Below are positions 36,229 through 45,914 of a stretch of 64,000 nt of DNA, one piece after another (position 1 is the stretch's first letter; each line of letters begins with the position of its first letter). The stretch is from a virus. The position numbers were made by a program, and so were the translations under genes. The notes under the pieces are model-generated. The model was not told the origin of the DNA, ran no database searches, and worked only from the letters and a program-made list of their open reading frames with translations. The stretch lies in the IMG/VR virus record IMGVR_UViG_3300005077_000018, positions 1,686 to 65,685 of that record. One strand, given 5' to 3'.

Positions 36229-38151
36229 ATGGAATACGACTGGGAAAAGCCCGAACACGTCATGATTGCTTTGATCACCCTGTTTGAACAGCAAACTAAA
36301 CAAGAGCAGAATTCAGGTGCAACCGTAGAGCAAAATTACGCTGGATTCAACGCTGTAGATGCTCCTATTCTTTCCTCATTCGCCTCACAAATTATAGTGA
36401 GGCGAAGACGTCTATCCGATAAGCAGCTCAATTTAGCCCGAGGATTACTCCATAAGTACTGGAGACAACTTTCAACTTTGAATCCCTTATCATTACCAGA
36501 TCTCGAACCTACCGCCAAAAGATCTCCTAATTCCCAGGGAACTCTGAGGATTGATGGAGATAAACTGATCTTTACTCCTCGAGTCTATCCTTCCGGTCAA
36601 ATAAAGTCTCTCGGATTTACTTGGCTCGCTAAGGAAAAGGGATGGCAAGCTCCTCTTAGAGAGCCTTTGATCCGGGGCGTAATGGATCTTTTTTCGCCTA
36701 TAGATGTTGACGAATCAGTCGAGAACTTTCTCGATTTAGCTAATGTTCCAGTAGAGTTGTCTGATCAAGTTCATAAAAGTTCTCTATACGAGAAGCAGAA
36801 GGAAGCGGTAGCTTTTGTTAAGAAGGGCAAAAGAGTTCTTCTTGGAATGAGACCTGGAACTGGGAAAACTGCTTCTTCTATTTTTGCTGTGAATGAATTA
36901 ACTCAATACGACGATGTACTCGTAGTTTGTCCTCTTTCTCTTTGCCGTAACTGGCAGAACGAGATAAAGAAGTGGATAGGAGAGGATTCGGTAATCTGGC
37001 ACGGTCAGCCCTCTACCTGGTCCCCCTATCGTAAATGGGTTATCACGAATTACGACACCTTCATTCGTCAGATGCCGTCTATTCAGGCTCAGTCATTCAA
37101 AGTAGTAATCTTCGACGAATCCATAGTGATGAAGAACAGAAAAACTGTTCGCTCAGCGAAAGCGTCTGAATTCTCCAAAAATATGGATTATGTTATTCTT
37201 CTTTCTGGAGCTCCGGTAGCTAAGTTCGCTGACGATCTCTGGAGTCAATTCCATGTTCTTGATTCTAGACGATTTTCATCATATTGGAGATTTGTCGATC
37301 AATACTGCGAAAAAGAGCAAACTCAATGGGGAACATCAATTACTGGGAATCAGCATGATGCCCTCTTCAGAATACGAAGAGACTGCTCGGATATATTCTT
37401 CACGTGTACACTTGAGGATCTGAAGGATGTTCCTGATTGGATATTTGAGGACATAGAAGTTCCTATGTCCTCTGATCAGTACAGAATGTACGATGAAATG
37501 GAGAGAAATTTTCTAGCAAATCTTCCTGACGGAGATGTGGTTTTGGCTCCAAACGTTCTTTCTCAATTGCTCAGACTTGTTCAAATCTCTTCAAATCCAA
37601 TTCTACTCAACGGTCCTGACGATGGAGCCAAATGGAAAGCTGTCGAGGAACTCCTGGAATTCAAGGAGTTACCGGCCATAATTTGGACTACCTTTATTCA
37701 TACAGCTGACCTCATGGTTTCCAAACTTCGCTCCAAAAAATTAAGAGTGGAAAGGCTAACAGGAGCTACCGATCCATCGGTTCGTCAGGATATAGTCGAT
37801 AAATTCCAACGAGGAGAGATTGATGTTCTGGTAGCTCATCCAGCAGTTGGAAAATTCGGATTAACCCTCACAAAAGCCAGAACTATGATATATCTGGAAA
37901 TGTCCTTCAACGGAGACGACTATAATCAATCTCTCTACCGAGTCAAAAGAATAACTACAGAATTGTCTCCAAACGTTATCCATCTGTTAGCCGTGAGACC
38001 TTCCGGTTCCGATAGAACCATAGATCATGTGATAAGGTCAGTTCTGGAATTCAGAAAGAATCAAAATCTACAGATAACTGGTTCTTCTTCTCCACAGTTG
38101 ACCTCGGGAATGATCAGAGAAATGCTTAGAAAACCTAAGGAGAATGAATGA
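36229..38151 (+). CDS. SNF2-family helicase
   Basis: MRPGTGKT, VVCPLSL, FDES, LSGAP, FGLTLTKA, YNQSLYRVKR. Confidence 0.9.
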   Translation: MEYDWEKPEHVMIALITLFEQQTKQEQNSGATVEQNYAGFNAVDAPILSSFASQIIVRRRRLSDKQLNLARGLLHKYWRQLSTLNPLSLPDLEPTAKRSPNSQGTLRIDGDKLIFTPRVYPSGQIKSLGFTWLAKEKGWQAPLREPLIRGVMDLFSPIDVDESVENFLDLANVPVELSDQVHKSSLYEKQKEAVAFVKKGKRVLLGMRPGTGKTASSIFAVNELTQYDDVLVVCPLSLCRNWQNEIKKWIGEDSVIWHGQPSTWSPYRKWVITNYDTFIRQMPSIQAQSFKVVIFDESIVMKNRKTVRSAKASEFSKNMDYVILLSGAPVAKFADDLWSQFHVLDSRRFSSYWRFVDQYCEKEQTQWGTSITGNQHDALFRIRRDCSDIFFTCTLEDLKDVPDWIFEDIEVPMSSDQYRMYDEMERNFLANLPDGDVVLAPNVLSQLLRLVQISSNPILLNGPDDGAKWKAVEELLEFKELPAIIWTTFIHTADLMVSKLRSKKLRVERLTGATDPSVRQDIVDKFQRGEIDVLVAHPAVGKFGLTLTKARTMIYLEMSFNGDDYNQSLYRVKRITTELSPNVIHLLAVRPSGSDRTIDHVIRSVLEFRKNQNLQITGSSSPQLTSGMIREMLRKPKENE

Positions 38152-38456
38152 ATAATGAGGCATCATTTAGATGTGTTTACATAGTGGAACCTTCCCATGA
38201 TTTCAGCAAAGCCAGGGATTCAACGAAAAGAGTGACGTTCCTCTCCACTGGAGACGAAAAAGTCTTCGAGCTAAAGGATGTCATGGAAAAGATGCTGGAG
38301 GATTTTGATCCGGAAAAAGATGCGATAATTCCTATGGGAAGAGTTTCTGCCAGTCTTCTAGCCGGACTAATTCTCGGAAACAAATTTCCCGGACATACCA
38401 TCAATGTAGGAATATTTTCTACCTCAGGATACATATTTGAAAAGGTGAAAATGTGA
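38148..38456 (+). CDS. Hypothetical small alpha/beta protein
   Basis: ATGA-coupled ORF. Confidence 0.65.
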   Translation: MNNEASFRCVYIVEPSHDFSKARDSTKRVTFLSTGDEKVFELKDVMEKMLEDFDPEKDAIIPMGRVSASLLAGLILGNKFPGHTINVGIFSTSGYIFEKVKM

Positions 38457-39304
38457 TAGACAGAGCTCTTTCTCATTCGTCCATGTCTTGCTATAGAAGA
38501 TGTAGAAGACAATACAAATGGAAGTACATAGACAATCTATCTCCTAAGGAAGGTATAGGAAGAGTAAGAGGATCCGCCGGTCATTCAGCGTTAGCAGAAT
38601 GGTATAGAAACGGATGCGACCTGGAAGCTGATGAGATGGCTATGAAAGCTGCGTCCTCCTTACTGAGCGACTTCGAGAATTCCAACAATGTTTCTTTATC
38701 TTCAGAGTGGGAACTTCTGGAGATTATTCTTCCAAGATACTTCGATTGGGCTAGAGCTAACGATTCTTTCGAAGAAATTCTTAGCATAGAACAGGAATTC
38801 GAGATTGATCTGGATGGATATAGAATCGTGGGATTCATAGATGGTGTGGTAAAGGCGACCAACGGAACTGTGTGGCTCTTGGAGCACAAGTTCAACAAGC
38901 AGGTTTCTACCAGTCACATCGATTTGGATCCCCAGATGAGCATGTATCTGTGGGCAGCTCATAAACTTGGAATAGAGGCTAGAGGAGTTCTCTACAACGT
39001 TATCCGGGTTGCTGAAGGTGGAATAGCCGCTACGAAACCCGTGGAAAGAAGAATGGTCTATAGGAGGCCTGATGGTCTAAGATACATAGAAAATGAAATC
39101 AAGCTACAGCTCAAAGAAATGGATTTGTTTCATGCTGGTAAGCTCCCAGCCTACCGAAATCCAACGTCTAATTGTTCTTGGGACTGCTCGTTTTTCAATA
39201 GTTGTCTAGCTATAAATGACGACGGAGACGAAGAGTCGGCAGTCTCAAATATTCCTCTTTCCCAACGTTCGAGGAAAGAAAAGGACATGGACAATGCCCA
39301 ATAA
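38453..39304 (+). CDS. PD-(D/E)XK exonuclease (RecB/Cas4-like) with Cys ligands
   Basis: GFIDG, LLEHKF, QMSMY; Cys at YRRC and CSWDCSFFNSC. Confidence 0.85.
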   Translation: MIDRALSHSSMSCYRRCRRQYKWKYIDNLSPKEGIGRVRGSAGHSALAEWYRNGCDLEADEMAMKAASSLLSDFENSNNVSLSSEWELLEIILPRYFDWARANDSFEEILSIEQEFEIDLDGYRIVGFIDGVVKATNGTVWLLEHKFNKQVSTSHIDLDPQMSMYLWAAHKLGIEARGVLYNVIRVAEGGIAATKPVERRMVYRRPDGLRYIENEIKLQLKEMDLFHAGKLPAYRNPTSNCSWDCSFFNSCLAINDDGDEESAVSNIPLSQRSRKEKDMDNAQ

Positions 39305-40058
39305 TATTCAGCTTACTGACGATGAACTTGTCTCGTTCGAGCAAGAATGGTCTACAATACTCGAGAAAAAAGAAATCGGATTTGATCCGGACGAAGTTAA
39401 ATTCCTGGTCTACGGAGAAAGCGGAGTAGGAAAAACGGTATTCGGATCTACCTGGATCAAACCCGTATTTTTAGATATTGACAAGGGTATGTCCTCTATT
39501 CGAAGACAGGTTCATCGGATTAAGATTAATGCCTGGGAGGATCTTCAGAATTCGTATGACCTTCTTGCCAATCATAGGCATCCGTTCAGAACTGTTGTAG
39601 TAGATTCTCTCAACGAGCTTCAGAAGCTTACGATGAGGAATGTAGTTCAAACGTACACTTCTATAAGAAGGTCATACGACAGTCTGCCATCCCAGTCAGA
39701 TTATGGTAAGATGCTAGACGACTACGACAAAATGATCAGAGCTTTCAGAGCTCTTCCTATGCACGTAGTCTTTATTTCTCAGGTAGCTTCCAGAGAGTAC
39801 GAGACTGATCCGGTTCAGCCTCAACTTACCGGAAAGAATGCCGCTAGAGACCTTTGCCGAATGATGGATGTTGTCGGATATCTCGATAAGCGAGATTCAG
39901 AAGGGAGCGGTCCAAAAACAAGAGTTATGGTATTTGATCAGGTGGGTTACGTCACCAAGGATCGTTCGGGGATGCTTCCAGGGATGCTGGAGAATCCATC
40001 TTATGAGTCCATAGCGAAAATATGGAGTCCTCTTACAAAAGCTAAAAATCAGGAGTAA
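39294..40058 (+). CDS. AAA ATPase / Sak4-like single-strand annealing protein
   Basis: YGESGVGKT, LDIDKG, VVDSLNE, KDRSG. Confidence 0.85.
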   Translation: MPNNIQLTDDELVSFEQEWSTILEKKEIGFDPDEVKFLVYGESGVGKTVFGSTWIKPVFLDIDKGMSSIRRQVHRIKINAWEDLQNSYDLLANHRHPFRTVVVDSLNELQKLTMRNVVQTYTSIRRSYDSLPSQSDYGKMLDDYDKMIRAFRALPMHVVFISQVASREYETDPVQPQLTGKNAARDLCRMMDVVGYLDKRDSEGSGPKTRVMVFDQVGYVTKDRSGMLPGMLENPSYESIAKIWSPLTKAKNQE

Positions 40059-40066
40059 AAGCAAAA

Positions 40067-40504
40067 ATGCCTATCAATCTAGACAGAAATACGGGTCTCG
40101 TTTCCGAGGGAACCCATCTATTCAAAATTACCAGAGCCGAAGAGAAGCTCAACAACGACGGAGAGCCCAAGTTCATCGTGGAATTTACCTGTCAGGATTC
40201 CGGACCCGATCAGGGACTCAAGTTCACGGAATTCTTTTCCATTGATGGAAGGGCTCGCTACCGGCTTGACAACTTCCTCGACGCTCTCAACGCTCCGAAG
40301 AAGGGTTCCTGGGGAGCATCGGATGTTATGGGAAAATTGATCAGAATCACCATCGCTCATAACGAATGGCAAGGAAACGTCAGAGCTCAGGGTCAGGCTT
40401 TCCACGACGCCAAATCCACGGTGAATCCTGAGGTTAGAAAGAATCCGACCTCTACCGGAGCTACCCTTCCGAAATCTGACAAGGATAAGGAAATCCCGTT
40501 CTAG
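40067..40504 (+). CDS. Putative single-stranded DNA-binding protein (DUF669-like)
   Basis: Follows the AAA ATPase; acidic IPF C-terminus. Confidence 0.7.
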   Translation: MPINLDRNTGLVSEGTHLFKITRAEEKLNNDGEPKFIVEFTCQDSGPDQGLKFTEFFSIDGRARYRLDNFLDALNAPKKGSWGASDVMGKLIRITIAHNEWQGNVRAQGQAFHDAKSTVNPEVRKNPTSTGATLPKSDKDKEIPF

Positions 40505-40567
40505 AGTTTTAGTCGGATAGACCTCTACGGTATGATGCTGTAGAGGTCTATCCTTCTGGAGAGTACA

Positions 40568-40945
40568 ATGACTTCTATCGTGTCCTTTGATCCAGGAATG
40601 TCTACAGGAATATTTTTGTATCTGTCCGGAAATCCAGATTTTGAATACTCTTTGGTGAAGGATCCTTCTGGCTTGAAAAGATTTATTTCAACTTTCGATT
40701 TTGACATAGTTATCTGTGAAAGACTTCCTACTCCAGTAGCATCAGGTTTAGGATTTGTAGTTCAGATTATAAAAGAAAGATTCGACGAAATTTATTTTAT
40801 TTCTCCAGGAGAATGGAAACCCCTGGCAAGAACTTGGAAACATCCTACTTTCAAAACTGAGCATGAGAAGGATGCTTACTTCCTTATGAGATACTGGTCT
40901 ACCTTTAAGAGAAAGGATTTTGTATGCGGAAAAAAGTGGCAATAG
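40568..40945 (+). CDS. RuvC-like Holliday junction resolvase
   Basis: SFDPGMSTG, VICE, HEKDA. Confidence 0.7.
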   Translation: MTSIVSFDPGMSTGIFLYLSGNPDFEYSLVKDPSGLKRFISTFDFDIVICERLPTPVASGLGFVVQIIKERFDEIYFISPGEWKPLARTWKHPTFKTEHEKDAYFLMRYWSTFKRKDFVCGKKWQ

Positions 40946-41715
40946 TCGGAGGAGGTCCGTCATCGTGGTTTGCAAGAATGGCTTGCTTCCACGCTGGAAT
41001 AGTTCCGACAGTTTTTGTAAGATCAGAGGTCAATCCTCCAGGAGCTTTCTGGATTCATGAACTTCCAGATTTTGCTCATCATCTTCCTATGTTCAAAATT
41101 TCAGTTAGAAGTTCGGGATCAAGAGAGATCTATAAGAGGAAACAGTGGGGAAACATAGATCTTCCTGAAAATTATAGATCTTCTTTTCCCGATCTAGAGT
41201 ACGAAACCTACGGAGCTGATCCGTCGACGGTAAGATCATTTGTTGATTCTGAACTCGCTCACGAAAGAATAATTTTAGAAGGAAATCTTAATGATGAGGA
41301 TCTTTCTTCTCTAAAGGATACTTATGACGAGGTTTTCTACACTTTTCCGTCTGAAAGATCAAAGCGAGAAAACTCCGAGTTCTTCCGGTTTATTCCCATA
41401 TTTTCCACCCAAACTCCTGTAGCTGATAGGCATATAAAAGAAATATTTTATGACGGCAGATCTCAATCTTCCGTTGTAAGATTTTCTGAAATATGGGGAA
41501 TGCAATTCAGAGAATATCAGGTGATTCGATATCCCAGTCAAGTGGACAAATTTGCAAAATCTAACTGTGTCTTCATTCCGGACATAATTCCTACAGATAG
41601 GAAACTATCTCCGCTGTCCCCTGAAGGAACAACTCCTATAGGAAGATTGGCATGTATGAACAGAACTATGCTGTCTCATCAGACCTATGAAATAGTGAGG
41701 GAAAAGTTATCATGA
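40924..41715 (+). CDS. FAD/NAD-binding oxidoreductase (UDP-galactopyranose-mutase-like architecture)
   Basis: KVAIVGGGPS Rossmann start; C-terminal IGRLA. Confidence 0.65.
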   Translation: MRKKVAIVGGGPSSWFARMACFHAGIVPTVFVRSEVNPPGAFWIHELPDFAHHLPMFKISVRSSGSREIYKRKQWGNIDLPENYRSSFPDLEYETYGADPSTVRSFVDSELAHERIILEGNLNDEDLSSLKDTYDEVFYTFPSERSKRENSEFFRFIPIFSTQTPVADRHIKEIFYDGRSQSSVVRFSEIWGMQFREYQVIRYPSQVDKFAKSNCVFIPDIIPTDRKLSPLSPEGTTPIGRLACMNRTMLSHQTYEIVREKLS

Positions 41716-42632
41716 ATTCTCCTTTCGATCTTCTTTACAAAAGACAGAGATTCTATAACACAAAATTGCGAGCAGAAAAGGGTGGAGACAGAATGACCTG
41801 GACTAAGACCTATCTCCTCGGTCTGTCGTCGGAAATAGGTGACGTACTGAAAAGTCTCGCATGGAAAGCGCATAGAAAGAAAGAGACAACGGAACCTTCT
41901 AGAGATAATCTTGCGTTCGAGTTCGCCGATCTTCTCAAATACGTCATGTCTCTTTCAGAACTGTGGGGCTTGGATTCCGACGAACTTATTTCTTTTGCGA
42001 ACAGGAAGAGCGCTCTTCTGGAAAGAATTAGCTACGAGGATTCTCGGGAAATTCCGAATGGCTCTACCGTTCTCATGGTAGATTTAGATGGAACAGTAGG
42101 AGATTGGAGATCCTCTTTTAGATCATTTCTTGAGAATCTTGGTCTAGATCTAGGTGAAGATTCAGAGAGGTCTCTTGACATAGAGATGGAACTAAATCTC
42201 TCCTACAGTGAATATATTGATCTAAAGGATAAATTCGAATCTACTGGAGGATACGCTAATCTGTATGCCTATCCTGACGCAGTTGACTTTCTTATAGAAG
42301 CTAAGAGCAGAGGTTTCAAAATAGTAGTCTTTACCGCTAGACCGGTGGATAAGCATAGAAGAATATGGTCGGACACTTTGGACTGGTTATACTCTAACGG
42401 AATTTCGGCTGATCAGGTACGCTTCGGCTCTGAAACCAGAATCGTCTATGCCAAAGAGTTGTCCTGGAACAATAGGGTATTTGTACTAGAGGACAATCCT
42501 CAATTGATGTTGAGAGCGGCGAACGCCGGTCTTACAGTAATAGGACGAAGGCATCAATATAACTCCGGTATAGATCATCCCGGAATACGCATGGTAGATT
42601 CATTTGAAGAGATAAATCTGGAGGATCTATGA
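41712..42632 (+). CDS. MazG-like NTP pyrophosphatase fused to HAD 5'-nucleotidase
   Basis: SEIGDV...EFADLLKY; VDLDGT, VFTARP, VLEDNP. Confidence 0.85.
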   Translation: MNSPFDLLYKRQRFYNTKLRAEKGGDRMTWTKTYLLGLSSEIGDVLKSLAWKAHRKKETTEPSRDNLAFEFADLLKYVMSLSELWGLDSDELISFANRKSALLERISYEDSREIPNGSTVLMVDLDGTVGDWRSSFRSFLENLGLDLGEDSERSLDIEMELNLSYSEYIDLKDKFESTGGYANLYAYPDAVDFLIEAKSRGFKIVVFTARPVDKHRRIWSDTLDWLYSNGISADQVRFGSETRIVYAKELSWNNRVFVLEDNPQLMLRAANAGLTVIGRRHQYNSGIDHPGIRMVDSFEEINLEDL

Positions 42633-42955
42633 GAACTAGGGAGGATATGGAAGCTCATTTTGAGCGTCGCGACAGTCAATTTGAAGACATCTGCACATCT
42701 TCAGCGGCCATCTTCGAGGTAAAGAACAGACAGTACAATGACGCGATATCTAGAACTGGTCTTCTCGGAGCGTGCGTAGAGATTGTAGGAGTAGCCGCTA
42801 GACTGGAACCTCTGATCATACAAAATTCAACTTTTGAGAGTGACTTTGAAACTGATTCCTTCAGATCTTCTGTTCTGAACGCTCTGAACGATCTTCACAA
42901 TTACGCAGTTATCGCCCTGATGATGCTTGAGGATCAAAACTGGAGGGGAGAGTGA
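42629..42955 (+). CDS. Nucleotide-modification-associated domain 1 (Nmad1/DUF1599)-like protein
   Basis: KNRQYND...G..G...RL...DLHNYAVIALMML. Confidence 0.7.
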   Translation: MRTREDMEAHFERRDSQFEDICTSSAAIFEVKNRQYNDAISRTGLLGACVEIVGVAARLEPLIIQNSTFESDFETDSFRSSVLNALNDLHNYAVIALMMLEDQNWRGE

Positions 42956-43764
42956 GAATTCTCGCGGGAATACCTACAAGACTACGAAATACCAGCGGAA
43001 AGATAGCTCAGACCCTGGCTACCGTAGTAGATGATGTCTTCGTAGTGTCTCAGGGAGCTGAAGTATGGGTTGACGAAGGAACGGACCTCTCAAAGATTCA
43101 TGTTCAGGAATATCCCGAAAATTTTGGAGTAATTCCTGCTAGAAATGAAATTCTTAGAGTTGCTTTCCAGGGAGACTACGACATAGTCATTCAGAGTGAT
43201 GATGACATTTCATTCCGTGAAGCTACTATTCGGAGAATGATAGAAATTCTGGATGAATTTCCAACCATAGGAGCTATAACCTCAGAAAGCAGAGCTTATT
43301 TCAACTGGAACAAGGATGTCAGAAGTACCAGACCATTTCTTCTTACTCCGTGCGCCGCTCAACTCTGGGCTGCTAGAGTACCGATCATGAGGGAAATCGG
43401 GTTAATGGAAGTTCCGTATTTAGAGGATAGAGAGCACGGTTGTCGACTCTGGAAGTCCGGATATCCGGTAGTTGAACTTCACGAAACTATAGATCTTGCT
43501 CATAATCCATTCATTTCAAGAACGAATGTCTCCTCGAAAATTGGTGGGCAGAATGAGGAGCACGAAGGAGATATTCACTCCGGTCTGAAAGCTGGAATAG
43601 AAGAAATGAACCTCAGACATGGAGACATAGTAAATCTCAAGTATCTCGGAATACGAGGAAGATCGTTTACTTCCAGATACAATTGGCCCAGAATGATAGA
43701 GTATGTAGATCGTCGATTCGGAAAAATTCTTGGGTATGCGGATTCCAAGGGAAGAGTCTTATGA
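42952..43764 (+). CDS. GT-A fold glycosyltransferase
   Basis: ILAGIPT, GVIPARNEIL, QSDDDI, YLEDRE. Confidence 0.75.
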   Translation: MRILAGIPTRLRNTSGKIAQTLATVVDDVFVVSQGAEVWVDEGTDLSKIHVQEYPENFGVIPARNEILRVAFQGDYDIVIQSDDDISFREATIRRMIEILDEFPTIGAITSESRAYFNWNKDVRSTRPFLLTPCAAQLWAARVPIMREIGLMEVPYLEDREHGCRLWKSGYPVVELHETIDLAHNPFISRTNVSSKIGGQNEEHEGDIHSGLKAGIEEMNLRHGDIVNLKYLGIRGRSFTSRYNWPRMIEYVDRRFGKILGYADSKGRVL

Positions 43765-44543
43765 GGATATTTTCTGCTATAAAAACTCTCGGAAGGAAGA
43801 CTGCTGGCAAGGTAGCTGATAATCTATCGAGGCTGTCAGAATGCGTAACAGTCGTGTCATTTGGAGCTACCGTAGAAACCAAATCTTCCAATACGAAAAT
43901 AATAGAGGTATTCGGAACTGATAAAGCTGAGGCTGAGAATATACTCATACAAGAATTTCTTGCCTCAGACTGTGACATCTATCTTTCTTGCGACGACGAC
44001 ATCATTGTTCCTGAGGTCTCCGCTCTTGCTTCTGCTAAGATCGTTTCAGAAATTCAATCCGCGGGAATAGTGTCCATTCCCGATCGAAAAACTTTCTTCT
44101 ATCAGTCTAAAGTAACCTGTAACAGAGGATTCAAACTTACGACCAATATATCGAAGATATGGATTGCTAGAAGAGAGGTTGTGAAAGAAGTTGGTTGGTT
44201 TAGGTTTCCCTTTGCAGAAGACAGAGATTTCATGGTACGAGCATATAGGGCTGGATTCGCTGTAGTTTCTCTGTCAGAATCTGTAGAGCAGTCCTGCAGA
44301 TCTCTATCCTCAAAAGAAGATCTTTCTGATTTCTCCAATTTTATACGAACCAAGGAAAAGCAGAAGAAAGCCATGATAAGTTTCTTCAGAGCTAACAAAC
44401 CTCTGGTAAGTTTGGAACCTGAGAATCCCTCAGAGAAAAATCCGTTCATAGTGAAGTATGATTGGAATCAACTCCTACTGATAGTTGTCAAAAGATTCGG
44501 AGTATCGGTAGGATATGAAGACTCTCTTGGAAGGAGATTTTGA
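43761..44543 (+). CDS. GT-A fold glycosyltransferase, paralog of the preceding gene
   Basis: SCDDDI, FAEDRD; similar C-terminus (GVSVGYEDSLGRRF vs GKILGYADSKGRVL). Confidence 0.7.
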   Translation: MRIFSAIKTLGRKTAGKVADNLSRLSECVTVVSFGATVETKSSNTKIIEVFGTDKAEAENILIQEFLASDCDIYLSCDDDIIVPEVSALASAKIVSEIQSAGIVSIPDRKTFFYQSKVTCNRGFKLTTNISKIWIARREVVKEVGWFRFPFAEDRDFMVRAYRAGFAVVSLSESVEQSCRSLSSKEDLSDFSNFIRTKEKQKKAMISFFRANKPLVSLEPENPSEKNPFIVKYDWNQLLLIVVKRFGVSVGYEDSLGRRF

Positions 44544-44544
44544 A

Positions 44545-45285
44545 ATGCCAGTTGTAAGAACAGCTTATGACGACCGTCACGATACAACGATTGAGTTCGT
44601 CACTTTGCCGATCTCTACCGTTGAGTTTGTTGACGGAATTACCGATCCGTTTCAGACAGTAGCCAAGATGTCTCGAGGCTACGGGGGGATCTACTCAAAT
44701 GATCCCTGTACAGAAGATGAAATTGCTCAAGCAATCAAGGATATGAATTCCACCAAACTTGGAACTCCTCTAGAAACGGTAGAGGTCATATTTTTGATCC
44801 ACGATGTGTCCAGAGCATTTACCCATCAACAGGTCAGAACTAGAATTGGTGCTTCATTCGTTCAGGAGTCCATGAGATTTCTGGGACATCAGGGTAAGTA
44901 TCGCATAATGGTCTCCGGGGAAATCTTCCGTAATTCAGAAGCCTTTGAAGCCTACCAGCAAGCGTGCTTCACGTCCATCTGGACGTACGAGGAAATGCTC
45001 AAAATCGGAATTCCAGGAGAGGATGCACGAGACATTCTTCCTCACGGAATATGTACTCGTTTGTTCGTTGGATACGCCATGAGTACTCTTCGTACCGTGT
45101 ATGCTCAGAGAATGTGTTGTCAGGCTCAGCCTGGTCAATGGCAACATATTCTTCGTCAGATGAAGAGGATTCTCATAGAGAAATACGGAGAACGAATGAC
45201 CGACATGCTTTCAGCTCCGTATGAGCGAGGAGAACCTTGCGGTTATCGGGCCAGCTTCGATCGTCCGTGTACATGGCAAAAATGA
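44545..45285 (+). CDS. thyX: Flavin-dependent thymidylate synthase-like protein with RTR variant motif
   Basis: TPLE, VSRAFTHQQVRTRIGASFVQESMRF, EDARDILP. Confidence 0.85.
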   Translation: MPVVRTAYDDRHDTTIEFVTLPISTVEFVDGITDPFQTVAKMSRGYGGIYSNDPCTEDEIAQAIKDMNSTKLGTPLETVEVIFLIHDVSRAFTHQQVRTRIGASFVQESMRFLGHQGKYRIMVSGEIFRNSEAFEAYQQACFTSIWTYEEMLKIGIPGEDARDILPHGICTRLFVGYAMSTLRTVYAQRMCCQAQPGQWQHILRQMKRILIEKYGERMTDMLSAPYERGEPCGYRASFDRPCTWQK

Positions 45286-45914
45286 AAACTCCAATCTGCG
45301 ATCTTGCTGAAAAATATGGAAGTGACAAGGCTCCCTGGGGTCACAACTATACTCCGGTATACTGGGATCTCATGTGCGAAAAGCAGTACGAAGAGGTGAA
45401 TATTCTGGAGATAGGAGTTTTGACAGGAGCTTCCATCAGAATGTGGCTAGAGTTCTTCCCTCGTTCCACCGTATTCGCTCTAGATGTAGACGAGGTAGCT
45501 CTAGAGAGGCTTCGAGGAACCAGTCACAGAATTATTCCTATGTTAGGATCTCAGACCGACTTCCTAGTATGGAATTCCTTTCCTAGGGTTTCTTACGATT
45601 TCATAATAGACGACGGAAGTCATATTCCCAATGACCAGATGAGGACATTCGAGGAAAATTTTCATCGCGTAAAATCCGGAGGATTCTGGATCATAGAAGA
45701 TACTCATTGTATGTTTCATGACAAATTCAATCCAACCAAAAGCTTCGAGTTATATACCTGGTTTTCGCAGCTTATACTTCTTCAGCAAATGCGAGGAGCC
45801 GAGGGCGGAAATTTTGATCGAGCTCTGAATTCTGGAATACTAATCGGAAGTCTTACCAGAATGATTAGATCCATACGAAGCTACAAATCTCTGATGATTT
45901 TCGAGAGGGCTTAA
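45282..45914 (+). CDS. SAM-dependent O-methyltransferase (MycE/TylE-like)
   Basis: KYGSDK...HNY, ILEIGV, FIIDDGSH, GGFWIIEDT. Confidence 0.85.
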   Translation: MKTPICDLAEKYGSDKAPWGHNYTPVYWDLMCEKQYEEVNILEIGVLTGASIRMWLEFFPRSTVFALDVDEVALERLRGTSHRIIPMLGSQTDFLVWNSFPRVSYDFIIDDGSHIPNDQMRTFEENFHRVKSGGFWIIEDTHCMFHDKFNPTKSFELYTWFSQLILLQQMRGAEGGNFDRALNSGILIGSLTRMIRSIRSYKSLMIFERA

